Positions 27,060-39,946 of a DNA stretch of 64,000 nt are shown here, in pieces. The notes beneath the pieces are model-generated. The model was not told where the DNA came from and did no database searches. It was given only the letters and a program-made list of their open reading frames with translations. The translations under genes were made by a program, and so were the position numbers. The first letter of the stretch is position 1. Every line of letters begins with the position of its first letter. The DNA is from Felis catus (lineage: Eukaryota). The DNA lies in contig NC_058368.1 of the NCBI RefSeq assembly GCF_018350175.1, forward strand, positions 107,200,001 through 107,264,000. The letters are read 5' to 3'.

Positions 27060-27198
27060 GACTCATTCAACCCTTCCAGTAATTCCATAAGTTACGTACT
27101 AACTCCTCCCCCTATACAGATGAGAAAATTGAGATAAACAACTTCTTCAGGTTTATTCAGTCGGTCAGGGGCTGAGCCTAGATTTAGAATCTATGTTT
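27060..27198 (-). mobile_element. MIR
   Basis: tacagatgagaaaattgag...ggggctgagcctagatttagaatc. Confidence 0.65.
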
Positions 27199-27203
27199 CA
27201 ATT

Positions 27204-27397
27204 CATTCGTTCTCCAAGTGTGGTCCCTGAATTAGCTGCATTGGTCTCAGTTGGAAACTTGTTAGAAATGCAAATTCTCCGACCTCCCCATCCCTAGAGT
27301 TTCTTAAACCTGCTGGGGAGCCTGAAAGTTTATATTTCTACATTTCGAGGTGCTGCTGCTACGACTGCTGATGTGGTTATCACCTGGAGAACCATTG
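27204..27397. mobile_element. MER5A-like hAT-Charlie MITE
   Basis: gttctccaagtgtggtccc...ggaaacttgttagaaatgcaaattctc...ggagaaccattg. Confidence 0.75.
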
Positions 27398-29224
27398 TTA
27401 TATACTGCAGAGCCTCTGTAAATCGTCCAGCCATGCTCTAATATAGAACACTCTTGTGAATGATGGAACACCGTAAGTGTAAAAGTCCAAGTCTCAGTAA
27501 ATATAAAATATTTTTGTCACTCAGAGTCACCTTTATTTATTTGGAGAGGCATGGGCTTGCATCATTTGGAGTTGATACATCAGTGTGTAAATTGCACAGG
27601 CTACCAGTGAGTTCTTGATCAGAGACTGGGAAAGTGAGATTTAGCAAACAAAAGGCATTAAAAGACAAATGACATCGTAGATACAGAGCATCCTCGGTTC
27701 ACTTTTTTTTTTTTCGCCACAATCCAACTCTTTCCCCCTTTAGGTATTTTGTTTCATGTCATTCTTACTCCTTTTTTCTTTAGCTAAATAATTCAGTGGT
27801 TAGCAATATAATGCAGAAAATTACTATTATGGTCTCATTTGTAGCTGATATTTAGAGGCAATTGGAAGTCACATTTTAAGCTGGTAGTATTATTCTTTTG
27901 TTTTTGCACAGCTGTGCTGGGTGAGAGATATATTATATTTGGAATTGTGTAATCTTGAGTCCTGCTATAAAAGTGATATAATAAGTGTATACATATGAGA
28001 GAGGAGAGGGAGAGGGACAAGGAGAGAGGAAGAGAAAGAGGGAAAAATTCTTTTAAGAACGTGAGACAGAATATCAGCTAATATTCATAGCAGGGAAGAC
28101 AACACATGATGGATTCATAGATTATCTCTCTGGTAATATTTCAGCTCCAAAATGTTAGTGTTTGCATAAATCAGGCATATCATCCCAATATATTTTTGTC
28201 TGAGCTTAGATCTTCACGATGGCTTTGTCCATTACAAGTGAGTTTTGATCTCTCTAGGAACATGTTTTCAGTACAATTCTGTATATTTAATTATTTCTCA
28301 ATCGATATATGTCACAATATGTATTTAAACTCACAAACAAAATACAACTATTAAAAGAACATTTTTTATTCATTCAACAGAATCCTGTTTTCTATTGTAA
28401 GTAGTAATCCAGAATTAAAGAAAAAATACAGACCCAGCAGGTAGAAAGCATGGATACCCTATTATTCCATGACTTCACACACACAGAGTAGGCCTCCAGT
28501 GTCTGAGTTCTCCTGTTGCATGATTCCTTTGTCTGGAATATGGTTCAGTCTCTCCATTTTAATCTGCAGTCTGATGCTTCCTGGGAACTACAGGAATGAC
28601 AGACCTGCAGGAGAGACCGTACCATCCAGAGCTGTTTCACCAACCATAGCTACCAGCAAATGGAATCATTTTTGTAGCGCTCTTTTTACAGGTACATAAA
28701 AATCAACCGTTTTCTGTAACAATTGCTCCTTCCAAAAAAATGTGAAGCAGGAAAGTGCTAAAAATTCTATTAGTAGAATCAATAAGAATTAGATAGATCA
28801 TTCCAGGATACTCTTTGGCCATTGCCACCATAACAACTACATTATGTTTTTGAATGTGGGGATATGATGCTACCCCTAGTGCTTTATATCACTTACATCA
28901 TTTTGTGAGACTTGAGTTTTGTTCATATCCTTTTTCTTCATTGTTGCCATAAATGATTTGTGTGAGGCAGGCTGAGAAAAAGTCATTGTAGATCTGAAAA
29001 CCTCAGATCATAGTTTATCTCAAATGCAGTTATTATTAAACCTTGTTTTTGGTAGTTCTTGATATTGGCTTATAAAGTCAACAAAACAGAAGCTCAGGGA
29101 CTTTTCCAGCTGGAGATTTATGAATCAGTTTGTTCGTGTGATGGCTACTGATTTGGAAGAGAAGGCATGGGAAGTGTGTATAATAAATGAGTAATACAGT
29201 GAAGACCTATTGGATGTTGCTGTT

Positions 29225-29779
29225 TGTTGCAGACTTTGAGTCTGGAGTTCTCTCTTATCCAGCAAGAGAGCAGACAGAGAATTGAATATGAGAGAGGCTA
29301 ATGTCCGGGAGGAGACAAGAGCCCCCAGTAAGGGTCCTCGTTCCATATTTATTAGGATCATTAGGCTTACAAACATGACTGACATGCAGAAAGAGACAAT
29401 GAAACAGTGATCATTAACTCTTGTGTGCAAGAGAAAGACGATTTTAGGGTTTTGGGTCAATACAAAACAAAATCCCCGTGTGTCTATCTACCTTAACTTG
29501 CCTGTGGGATGAGATAGATAGAGCATGCTACCTCAGGGTCAACAAGGCACCTTTCTTTTGCTAATTAGCTCCGCTCTGAGTAATTTCACCCTACTGCCTT
29601 GGTCTAGCACATTGTTTACCTGTTTACCTAATCAGGACACTTCTGTCCTGTGAAAGCTGCTTCCCACTCTTACACATTTGTTCTATGCTGGGGGCGTTTA
29701 CCTATTCTGGACACTTTCATACTAAGTCTTGTTAACCCATTGGTGCAGGCTCAGGGAATTCCTAAACTTATTCCACACA
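29225..29779 (-). mobile_element. Solo LTR, probably class II (betaretrovirus-like) ERV
   Basis: 555 bp, TGT...ACA termini, perfect 6-bp TSD gctgtt (29219-29224, 29780-29785), - strand AATAAA ~125 nt from the 3' end. Confidence 0.85.
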
Positions 29780-30899
29780 GCTGTTCTTCTGGCTTCTTAA
29801 GACCCCAGAGCCCTTATGTGAGATGAGAAATGTAAAAACATGTAATACTTTCTACATCTCTGCATCCTGAGAATAATTTTATCATCCACTTTACAGAGGT
29901 GTCATGAATACGTAGTGCTGTGGAAGTGTTTGAGAAATGAAAAGATGAATTAACCGGAAATAGATTCATTGAAAGCTTCTTTTGGTGATGGTCCTGAAGC
30001 ACAAAGCTTCACCCTTTAAATTGTCCCTGCCATTTTCAGAATATCTGCAAGAACTCTTCAGATTGTGCTCCCTTCTGGCTGTCCTTTAGGACATCACCCT
30101 GCGGTACCGGGCTGAGTGACGTGACCCCCCTGCTCCCCTTTCCTTGTACCTGTTTCTCTTCCTGACTGGTGCCTGCAGGAACATCTGTCCTTAGCTGACT
30201 CCTGAAGATGCCACTCTGGTATGGATGAAACAGTTCTCCCTCAATTAGTCCCAGATCTATCAACTCTCAGTGGGGTCTGTAGATATCACTTTGGAATGTG
30301 CAACTGACATGTTAAAACAGAAATGAAGATAAAAAGATGTGCACAGAGTATGGTCACAACTATGCAAAAATATAAATACACGTATGTGCAGGGGGAAAAT
30401 TAAGCCAATATTAAATAAGAGTTTATTGGCTTTTAGGTGATTTTATTTCTTTTCTTGAGTTTTTAGAAATCTTACACAATGGAAGATTATAATATGAATG
30501 ATTGCAGAGAGGATTTTTTTTCAAAGCCCATCTCCAACCCTCTCCCCCCACCCCCCCACCGCCAACACACACATTAGAATGAGAAGATTTAAGATTTTAG
30601 GTTTTTCTTTTTCATTCCATGTCTTTACTTCCATAAATACTGTTTTATGCTCCAAAATTCCATAAATTTTGTGAGCAAATAACCAACTTTAATGTTTTGG
30701 TGGCAATATGTTTATATTCCTAAATTGCAATATTAGGTCTGAAAAAGTCACTTCAATGTGATGCATGAATTTCATATTTTCCCAATTCCCATCAAGTGCT
30801 TTTCCATGTTACCAGTTTCTAACATTTTCCATTATTTTTTATATCTCCAGAGTCCCATAGGTTACAAAACCAAATTTTTTCCTCCTCATGATACTGCTT

Positions 30900-31105
30900 G
30901 AACTTGAAGGCCCTGATCATTCTATCTGAGCTAGAATTTGACACTAGTGTTGTTCTTTCCTCCTCTTTCTTAAACCACTGATTCAGCCTTTCACTTTGTT
31001 CCTGCAGTATCTTTTACTTCCTCAAGGACTTCTGTCCTGATCTGTCAACAGTTTATCAGTTTAGGGCCCAATTATCCATGGCTCACCTGGGTTATGGTAG
31101 CACTG
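30900..31105 (+). mobile_element. L2 fragment
   Basis: atttgacact...tttcttaaac and ctcacctgggttatggtagc resemble L2. Confidence 0.4.
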
Positions 31106-31205
31106 TCTGTCATGACTTCCTGTCTATGCCTAGGTATGTTAGTGAATTTTGAGCAACTAAGAACAAGGTGTATGTGATTGTTAGTGCTGAAGAACATTTG
31201 GACTC

Positions 31206-31423
31206 GTGGCACCAAGGTGGCTCAGTCCATTAAGTGTCTGATTTTGGCTCAGTTCATGATCTCATGGTTCGTGGGTTTGAGTCCCGTTACCAGCTCTGTG
31301 CTGACAGCTCAGAGCCTGGAGCCTGCTTCTGATTCTGTCTCTTTCTCTCTGCCCTTCCCCCGCTCGTGTTCTGTCTCTGTCTCTCAAAAATAAATAAATG
31401 TTAAAAAAAAATAAAAAATAAAA
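31206..31423 (+). mobile_element. Can-SINE
   Basis: TSD agaacattt(g/a)gact (31191-31204, 31427-31440). Confidence 0.94.
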
Positions 31424-33763
31424 TTGAGAACATTTAGACTGAGCTCAGTCAGGTTAGGTGGTGATGCTGAAGACAGAGCTGCTCTTTGGAATGACATTGT
31501 CCTGGGGATTCTTCCTCCAGACAAGCAGCCTTCAGGAACCCAGAATGGCCTCTCATGTCAATATCCTTTAAAATGGCTCAGAGACGCCTCTCCTCCTCTT
31601 TCCAAGTTGTCTCCCCCTTACTGATGGTGCAAGAGGTTCTCATTTCTGATCTAGGGAAGGCTTTTAATCCCAATTCATTAACTATCCCAAAGTGACCCAG
31701 TCTAAGTGCATCAGTGCCTCTTTCTTCTCCAGAATCTCCCTGGTGATTCCTCAATTTGCCTCCCGGAATTCTTTTTGAAAAATCTTTCTGGGAAGTTTTA
31801 AGATATTTGACCCAAATAGCAACAACAACATTTCCAGCAGTAAAAAGAGGAGGGTTATACTCCCACAGTCTTAAGCAATCATACTAATTATCCTAGAGGA
31901 CTTCAATGTGTGACAAGGACAGAGTACTAATTGTAATGTTCACTCTCTGACACATTTGGGCTATAAATATGATATTCACAATCAGAGCAAGCACTGTGCT
32001 TTTAAATATATTCTTGAAATAAGTGTGTCACTTTTTATATACAACATTTAATTCTTCTGGTGTGTTTGTTCCTATGGAGTAAACAAGACTTCATATGAAT
32101 CAAAGAGTGGGGAGGATTGATGGGCAGAATTAATCCTGTGACTTTAACAGCCTGGGCAGGAAGCTTAATTGGCATATGCTTTTCTTTATTCCTGATGTAA
32201 CTGGTCAGTGTACTTGGCGGTGATGAATTCCTCCACTTCTGTGGACAGTTGGTGCATGCCAAGTGAAGTGCTTCTTCCTGATTTCATTAGTCCATCGCTC
32301 CTCCTGAAATGGAGAATTCACTACCTGTATGTATCACCTGAGATCACACAGAGCCTATATGCATGCCTCTCACAGGAATGACAGCCCGAAGGCAGCACCA
32401 GCAAGTGAAAATCATATGATCCACTTACTCAGAATTGGTTCTCCTGAGAGCTCAGTCAGCAGTATAAGGGACCTGGCTGACTGGCCCCAAGTGGAAATCA
32501 CCTTTGAGCTTCAGCTTAAATCATCTGACTAAGGAAAGTTATTGCAGCAAAAACAGATTCATTGATTGAGTAGTAAGTGTTCTATTTTTTGTAGATTATA
32601 AAGAAATTTGGCATGATTTCAGAGGGAGACAGGCTACCTTTTGAAGGACAGAGGAGAGAGGTGAAAAAGGAACAGAGAGCCTCCTGATTCTTCCAGTCTT
32701 TTCCTCCTGTACTTAGCAACTCCTTGTCGTTTGAATGGGACTCTATGGGAGCATGTCAAGGAGAATTAAGAAACTCGCAGCAGAAAGTGGTAGAAAGCAA
32801 TGAGATACCTGTATGGGCACCCTCCTGGTGAGTGCAAGGAATTAGTGGGCATGGAAGGGCAATGGTTTTGATGTGCCTTCAGGATGTAGAGGAACCTGAA
32901 AGATGTGTCATATCTTAGTAATCTCTATACTAAGCAAGCATGCATTCATGGAACTTTGGTGATGGAAGAATTGTTGGAAACAAAGCCATACAAACCATTT
33001 AAGTTACAGCCAATGAAAACTGATGCCCAAAGATGCCCCCTTGGGATCTCGTGGTTAGATAGTGGCAGAACTAGGAATAAGCAACCCATCTTCTATAACA
33101 TATACCATACATCTGTTGAATATTGATGCTTCCAGACCATTTTTTTGGTGCTCAGAGTAATACTGCTGCATTTCCACAACATTCTCAATGTTAAGAATTA
33201 ATATTTTAGCTTTGTTTTCAATATATATAAATCAGGGCATTCGTAGGGTTTTAAATGCAAATAGACTTACTAGAACAATTAGACCTTGCCAATTGTTTTA
33301 TCAATAATCCAGGTTATTCTACACAGAAAATTAGCACATCTAGCATTACTGCATATATGAATAATCATGATCCACATTGCCTTTAGGCTATTTCTATATG
33401 GAGAAGAAAAATCGGAGCATGTGAGCCTGGACTACAGAGTATGGTACTTTTCAGCAGTATTTTTGTCAATTACCATCAATTTCTTTTCTCTACATGTAAC
33501 CTAAAAATGAAGAATTGTGCTTTTCTTCTAATGGAGGTGAAATTTTCCTCCCTAAATTACCCTCAGTAAAGCACTTTCCTAAGTGATTCTTTAGCTAAGC
33601 GTCCATGAAATAGGAGTGTGTGATGCTTTTGTATTCCAGGTATGTCATTAAGGGCAACTGCAGTAATGAAGATCCTGCCAATTTTCCCTTCTTCTTTCTT
33701 CTACAGATAGGAAGAATGATGACTAAAAACCCAGCTTGTGTCGTTTAATGTCCCTGGGACTAA

Positions 33764-33984
33764 AAGTAAGCGTACAATTTTCTTTCAAACTGGACACATC
33801 TTAGAATGAAAGGGGACATTATTAATAATTACTTAGGACTGGGTGTTGTATGGAAACCAGTGTGACAATAAATTTCATATTGTAAAAATTTTTTTTTTAA
33901 AAAGTAAGTTCCAAAGGTGAAAACAAAATAATTACTTAGGGGCAATCGGTAGAAACAAAGACACCAGGAAATGAGGTCATCTTA
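33764..33984 (+). mobile_element. MER94-like hAT MITE split by a tiny L1 insertion
   Basis: tcaaactggacacatcttagaatgaaaggggacattattaataattac...gaggtcatctta resembles MER94. Confidence 0.6.
33838..33926 (+). mobile_element. Extremely 5'-truncated felid L1
   Basis: actgggtgttgtatggaaacca...gacaataaatttcatatt is an L1 3' terminus (shares actgggtgtt(g/a)tatggaa with the L1 at ~46630); 14-bp TSD aataattacttagg (33824-33837, 33927-33940). Confidence 0.85.
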
Positions 33985-34029
33985 TTTTTGACTCCTAGAC
34001 AAGAACATCAGAGCCTCCCATCGAATAGG

Positions 34030-34130
34030 TAGCAAAACTAAGGTTTAGAGAGGATAAATAATTTGCCCCAGCATCCTATTTAGAAAGTGAAATGTCCAGG
34101 AGTCCAACTCCAGACTGTCTTGAGTTCCAG
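34030..34130 (-). mobile_element. MIR
   Basis: aaaactaaggtttagagaggataaataatttgcccc. Confidence 0.7.
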
Positions 34131-34399
34131 ACAGATGCAGTCTCCTCCATGCTTTCTTTCTATGGCGTTCAACAGCTCCCAGATGATTTACACAAACATA
34201 CCGTTTTGCGGCCATGACTGCAGGAGCAAGAGTCAAATGCTGAGCAAAACAGAACTGTGCTTAACACCCTAGCCATTACTCTGTGCGGTTGATGCATTAC
34301 GTGGGTATGTAGTGTGTGAATGCCTTTGAGGAGCCTCAGACCTCATCGACAAGCTCCCTCATACCCACTCATATGCCCTCTCCTGCCTGGAGCAGCACT

Positions 34400-34735
34400 G
34401 GCTCCTGAGTTTCCATCTTTCTTCCAGGCTTCTGTTTGGCATATTCAACCTGATACTCCCAACAGAAGGAATTCTCTTTCCCCAGTGGACGTTCATTGCT
34501 TGTATTCTTGACTCATCACCTACGACATTTCCTCCATTAGAAACCACCCTTCTTGTCCCCTTCTTGCCCATTTGTGTGGAGTCTTTCAGCCTTTGCTCTT
34601 TGGTGACCTTGACCTCCTCCAGGGCCTCATTCCCTCTTGCCTAGATAATTCTAGGGACTTCCCTCACATATCTCTTACATTTTTTTCTTACATTGCTACC
34701 AGAGTCATCGTCCTGAAAAGCAAATCTGATCTAGC
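34400..34735 (+). mobile_element. L2 fragment
   Basis: cagggcctcattccctcttgcctagataatt...cattgctaccagagtcatcgtcctgaaaagcaaatctgatc. Confidence 0.6.
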
Positions 34736-35137
34736 ACAATTTGGTGTGTCCCTATGTGTTCTCTGTTGCCTTTAGATAACATACAGTCTTCCCAGAATAT
34801 TTACAACCCACTCCTTGGGGGCCGAGCGGGGGAGGTAGTATCAATCTCTCTTGAAAGAGGAACAGAGAGAGAGGAGGGAAGGGAGGGAGGGAGGAAGAGA
34901 AAACGTCTGTCTCAGGGACCCACTGTACAGCACTGTTGTCTGCACAGGTCAACCTGACTGCTCGGCTCTGGCCTGCATGCTGCTTTCTGCTGCCCTGAGT
35001 CTAGGCACATGGATTAGACTGCCTGGAAGGAGAGACTTCTTGTTTTAATTTGCACAAAAACTCCTCCACTTGCCAAACCATGTGCTCACAGGGCTTCATC
35101 CATCTGGAGATCAGTACCTTTTAAAAATGTGCCCGAC

Positions 35138-35281
35138 GGGAGCGCCTGAGTAGCTCAGTTGATTGAGCATCTGACTTCAGCTCAAATCATGAGCTCACAG
35201 TTCATGACTTTGAGCCCCACATTGGGCTCACTGCTGTCTGCACAGAGCCTGCTTCGGATCTTCTGTCCCCCTCTATCGCTG

Positions 35282-35336
<55 letters not shown>

Positions 35337-35355
35337 AATAAATAAAACATCAAAA
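35138..35355 (+). mobile_element. Can-SINE with long (CT)n
   Basis: TSD aaaat(g/a)tgccc. Confidence 0.93.
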
Positions 35356-35451
35356 GAAAATATGCCCAGCAGCTCTGTTTGGATTGGGTGTGGCCCTGGC
35401 TGTTTCCTCTGAGAGACTTTGTACACTTCAGATGGAAGGCACTGTGTCTTC

Positions 35452-35563
35452 CTAGCGCTTCCCTAATGCGAATATGAATCACCTGGGGTCTTGTTATAAA
35501 GTGCAGGTTCTGGTAAGGTGGTTCTGGGTACTGATGCTACTGACCCACACTTTGAATAGCAGG
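35452..35563. mobile_element. MER5-like MITE, internally deleted
   Basis: gaatcacctggggtcttgtt...ccacactttgaatagcagg. Confidence 0.6.
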
Positions 35564-36499
35564 TCCTAAACCCTAGTCATGTTTTTAGCATATAGTAGGG
35601 GCTCCATAAAGAATTCTTGACTAGATGGGAAAATGGAAGGCAGGGAGGGAGAGAGGGATAGAGGGATGAAGCGTATTTCATACGTACCAGAGACCTAAAG
35701 TTCCATTTCTCTAATTTAGGGAAAAGATAAAATTACAGGGGAGAATTGTGAACTTTTTCCCTAGGTAAACTTTTTTTTTTCTTAAACAATTTCAGGCCAG
35801 ACCATAAATCCATTAGAGGAGTTCTCTGTGTTTTTGCTCAGAGCTCCCCTGTAGCCCTAATCATAAAGCTTCACCTCCACAGTAGCATAGACATAGATAG
35901 AGGGGGTGCATCCCATTTTAAAATAACTGCTGTAAATTATTTGTGTGTTGTGACATTTATGTAATTTTTGAGGAATTTAGGACAGTAATCTTGTTGAATA
36001 GACTTGAAGCCATTCATTTCAGTGTTTACTTGTTTTCCCTTGAGAAATAACAAAAAGTACATACTTTGTCATTGGTGATAGACAGGCAATAAAAGCAAAC
36101 ACATTTTGTTTTGTTGAGCCACATGCATCTCCCAATTGCTGATCTCATTTTGGAAATGGAGAGCTGGTGGCCACTGAAAAGGATGAGTCTGGGCATCACG
36201 GAGGCAGCAGCAGACCTCAGTGCCTTTCGCTGAATGTATCGTCCACGCAGCACGTATGTATTGAGTGCTTACTGAGTGTAAAGACCCCTCCCTGTACCCG
36301 AGGCAGTGTGAGTACCTTGTTTTAGGTGACCCCAACCTCCTTTTCCTGTCTTCAAGTCAGGAATATGTGTGACTTGCCATGATATACATAATTACATGAA
36401 GGAATAAGTAATTGAATGAATGAAAACATGTATACATACATACATACATAAATGACACCCATCTGTGATAACAGGAGATGTAGACATTCATCAATTTAT

Positions 36500-36619
36500 T
36501 GCTATTTTTGTTGCCCCCCCCCGTCTTTGTAATTATTAGATCATATTTCTTCTTGGAGTTGAATTAGAACTTTTTTAGATTTTCAGCTAAGATTTGGGCA
36601 AAGCAAAAGATTGGTCTCA
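36500..36619 (+). repeat. Donor copy of ~120-bp local duplication
   Basis: About 90% identical by hand alignment to 38069-38189. Confidence 0.92.
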
Positions 36620-37431
36620 TCTGAGCAGAACTATTGCTTTGTGTGGCCTTTACTTAATGGTGAATATCATTCCACACATAATGGCTTTCTGGAAAGAAAA
36701 CAAAAAAGAAGTATACATCTTTCTCCAAGCCTGGGGCAAGTAACACAACGACAGCACTCAGCTTCCTGACAACACTGTCTTCCAGAGGGTATTTGTGTCG
36801 GTTTATAAAGAGAAACATTCAGACAGTTCCATAGTTGTAGATAGGCAACAGCCAGCCTTTGCTGTTAGGTTGAGAGTTGAGGTTGTTAGTTTTGCTTATG
36901 CTGCTTCCAAAATTGAATACTGTTTTCTGGAGAAACTGATAAATATTTTGGCGTACGTAAATATCTAATGATTAAAAAAAGGTGGTTGCCAGCCAGGAAT
37001 AAGTTTATTAAAGCATACTGTATGCTGCCCTTTCATGTCATTTATAAATGTTCTTTCATACCAACACATATTAAAAGCAGCATATAATGTGAGAAAATTA
37101 CGCACATAAGAAATGCATTTCCAGTATCTATTTGCTCTTACTTCAGTGGTCAAGAGAGGTGATGTTGACTCACCACATGACAGTATTTCTGTGATATTAG
37201 ATGCTGCCCCACCTTTAGATTTTATGTACTTGGAACAAATATTCTGGCATCCATACTACTGGCCCTTTCTTGAATTGGTAGGTGTGATCCCTACTCAATA
37301 AAGTGGGGAAAAAAAAGGTTAGTTTAAAAGTTTAATAGCACAGAGCCATCAATTAAAAACATTTCCATCAGATATTTATAAAATAAAAGATTAATTTTAT
37401 AGGTTGCCACTGTGTTAAAAATAAAATTATA

Positions 37432-37655
37432 GGGGCGCCTGGGTGGCGCAGTCGGTTAAGCGTCCGACATCAGCCAGGTCGCCATCTCGCGGTCCGTGAG
37501 TTCGAGCCCCGCGTCAGGCTCTGGGCTGATGGCTCAGAGCCTGGAGCCTGTTTCCGATTCTGTGTCTCCCTCTCTCTCTGCCCCTCCCCCGTTCATGCTC
37601 TGTCTCTCTCTGTCCCAAAAATAAATAAACGTTGAAAAATAAAATAAAATAAAAT
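37432..37655 (+). mobile_element. Young felid SINEC
   Basis: ggggcgcctgggtggcgcagtcggttaagcgtccgac; (aaaat)n tail; TSD aaaataaaattatag. Confidence 0.97.
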
Positions 37656-38068
37656 AAAATAAAATTATAGTAATTTGAAGACATTTCTTTTGAGACTCAA
37701 AATAGGGAGACTGAGAAAAGGAGTAGGTTTTCAATTCACCATTTTCAATCTAATGAATATGCTGGTTTTTTTGAATGAGCTTATTAGAGCCCATTAGCTA
37801 CTGTTCTTTCTGTCTTTTTCTCAAATTCTCAAGTGCCAGGACACGCGGACACAATCAGTGTCCAAAAAGAGTTTATGACAGTATTAACAAAATTAATGTA
37901 AGGAATAAGGATATGCAGTTCTAAGAGCAAAGGAGGGAAAGCACAGAATGGATAGAATACTACAAGATTTTTAAAAGTCATGTGATAAAACAGAAGAGAC
38001 AGAATTTGCTGGATAGCATGCAGTCCCCAGGATAAGTGCCCTGGTGTCAAGATAGTGCCTCAGAGGTC

Positions 38069-38189
38069 TGCTATTTTTGTTGTTCCCCCCTGTCTCTGTA
38101 ATGATTAGACCATATTTCTTCTTGGAGTTGAGTTATAACATTTTTTAGACCTTCAGCTAAGATTTGGGCAAAGAAAAAGATTGGTCTCA
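38069..38189 (+). repeat. Inserted copy of ~120-bp local duplication
   Basis: Flanked by 12-bp direct repeat ctcagaggtctg (38059-38070, 38186-38197). Confidence 0.92.
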
Positions 38190-39835
38190 GAGGTCTGAAA
38201 TAGCCTCTCTAAGCCAGCCTCAGTCTATATGGTCCAACTTGTATCCCCTATTTTCCTGCTATGTTCTCTGCCCTTAAATCCGCTTCGTGGGAACACCCTA
38301 CTGAGAATGAACCAACAGTAGTAATCCTTATAATCGTATCTGTAAAGTGAGGAAGCGATGTTTGTGTCTTACAGATGTATCCATGCTTCAATTTGCTGGG
38401 AAGTGATTTCAATAAGAACACCAAAAAACATTCCTGTTGAACTCTATAATCTTTAAAAATGCAGCTTTTTAAATTTGACTCTAAGTGTGATTTCTCTTTC
38501 CTTACTCTTCAGGCCTCTCTCTCACATTTTGCTGTCAGTGTCGGTAAAAATTCTAGCAGAGAAAATGCTTGTTAAAAAATAAATGGATTCAATAGCAGCC
38601 ATGACGCATTTTTCTTCTTTTTCACTTTATCCCTGGAGAACAAAAGAGTAAGGGTTAGAAATGGAATGCTGAGCTATAAATAATAAAATTTCAATATAGA
38701 GAAGGTGATGAACTCCAAGTAAATATCTAATTTAGGAAAAGAATAAGGGGGGAAGGGGCAAAATTTAGCCTCTTGATCTCCAGTCTGGTCTCAAAGCTGT
38801 ACACAAGTGTGATGGTCACTTGGAAACAGGTCTTTTTGCCTTGGAATCTGTTGGATTGATGGTGGCAGGACCAAAAGCAAGCGATAAGTGATCCCAGAGA
38901 GCTTCTTTTGTGAGGGTGTGCTGCTGTCTAAGGTCCCCTTGGATAGCAAGCCTGAATTTTATATTTTGTGAATCTGTCTCTTATCATTGTGCAAACTGAT
39001 CCCATGAATGTCATCCCTCCCACTCTATAGCTGATAAAAATGAGAACAGTTAATTAGAGCTTTTAAGCTGACAGTAGCCTCTCAGCTTTGAAGATGCCTC
39101 CCTCACACACACTATTTTTTAAATATATATAAAAATGATATTGATCATTAGGATAACTTGGGTTTAGCTTTTGCAATTCCTTTTTTATATACTTATTTTC
39201 TCATTGTTCTTTGTCGAATGCTATTCTATTTAATAATCACATTTTGAAGTTGCGTGAAAATTGATTTCATGTCTGCCTCCGGTATGGCTTTCTTATCAAT
39301 ACAGCATCCCTAACACATTGCAGGTACTTGATAAGTATATGTGTATTGATTTTCTGCTGAATGCCCTCTGTTGGGCTCATTAAGCTCACCTGAGGAAGAA
39401 AGACCAATGATTATTGGCTATATAGATTGAGTAGAAAATGTTGGGTATTAGGTTGTAGCATTAGATAATCTTGCTGTTGTGCTTCCAAATTCTTATGCAA
39501 TTTGTTGAGCTTGTGTTTATACTCATTAAGACACTAACTCTGAATCAATGAGGACATAGCTATGCTTGTGGTATTAAGCAGAACGTCCTAGTAAGAATGG
39601 TGCCCGTCTGTCTTTTCTTTCCTGTAATTATAAGATTGGCTTATAATTTAGTTAGGAGAGAGCAAGAGCTTGACCCTGCTCTGTCTGCAAATGGAAAAAT
39701 GCACACTGATCTTAGGATTTTGCGTTTTTGTTCTGGTAGGCTAAAACTTGAATGGTTAGGTCATTCATATTTCATTCCTTGACTTTGTTTGTTTGTTTGT
39801 TTGTTTGTTTGTTTTTGGTCATAAAATCCAATAGT

Positions 39836-39946
39836 AGTAAGACCACATAATAGATCATACAAACAAGGACACATGGCTAATAAAAGGGACACTTTTGTAA
39901 TTATGTAAGAATGAAAAGTACAATTGGGCACTGTAAAGTCACCTTG
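39836..39946 (+). mobile_element. MER94-like hAT MITE
   Basis: gaccacataat...caaacaaggacac...aaaagggacac...taattat...gtcacctt. Confidence 0.45.

Noticed and set aside
32185..32304. - strand acceptor followed by ...EVEEFITAKYTDQLHQE* and AATAAA, faintly ArfGAP-like
   Set aside because: Similarity limited to ~6 residues; flanking sequence does not fit the domain
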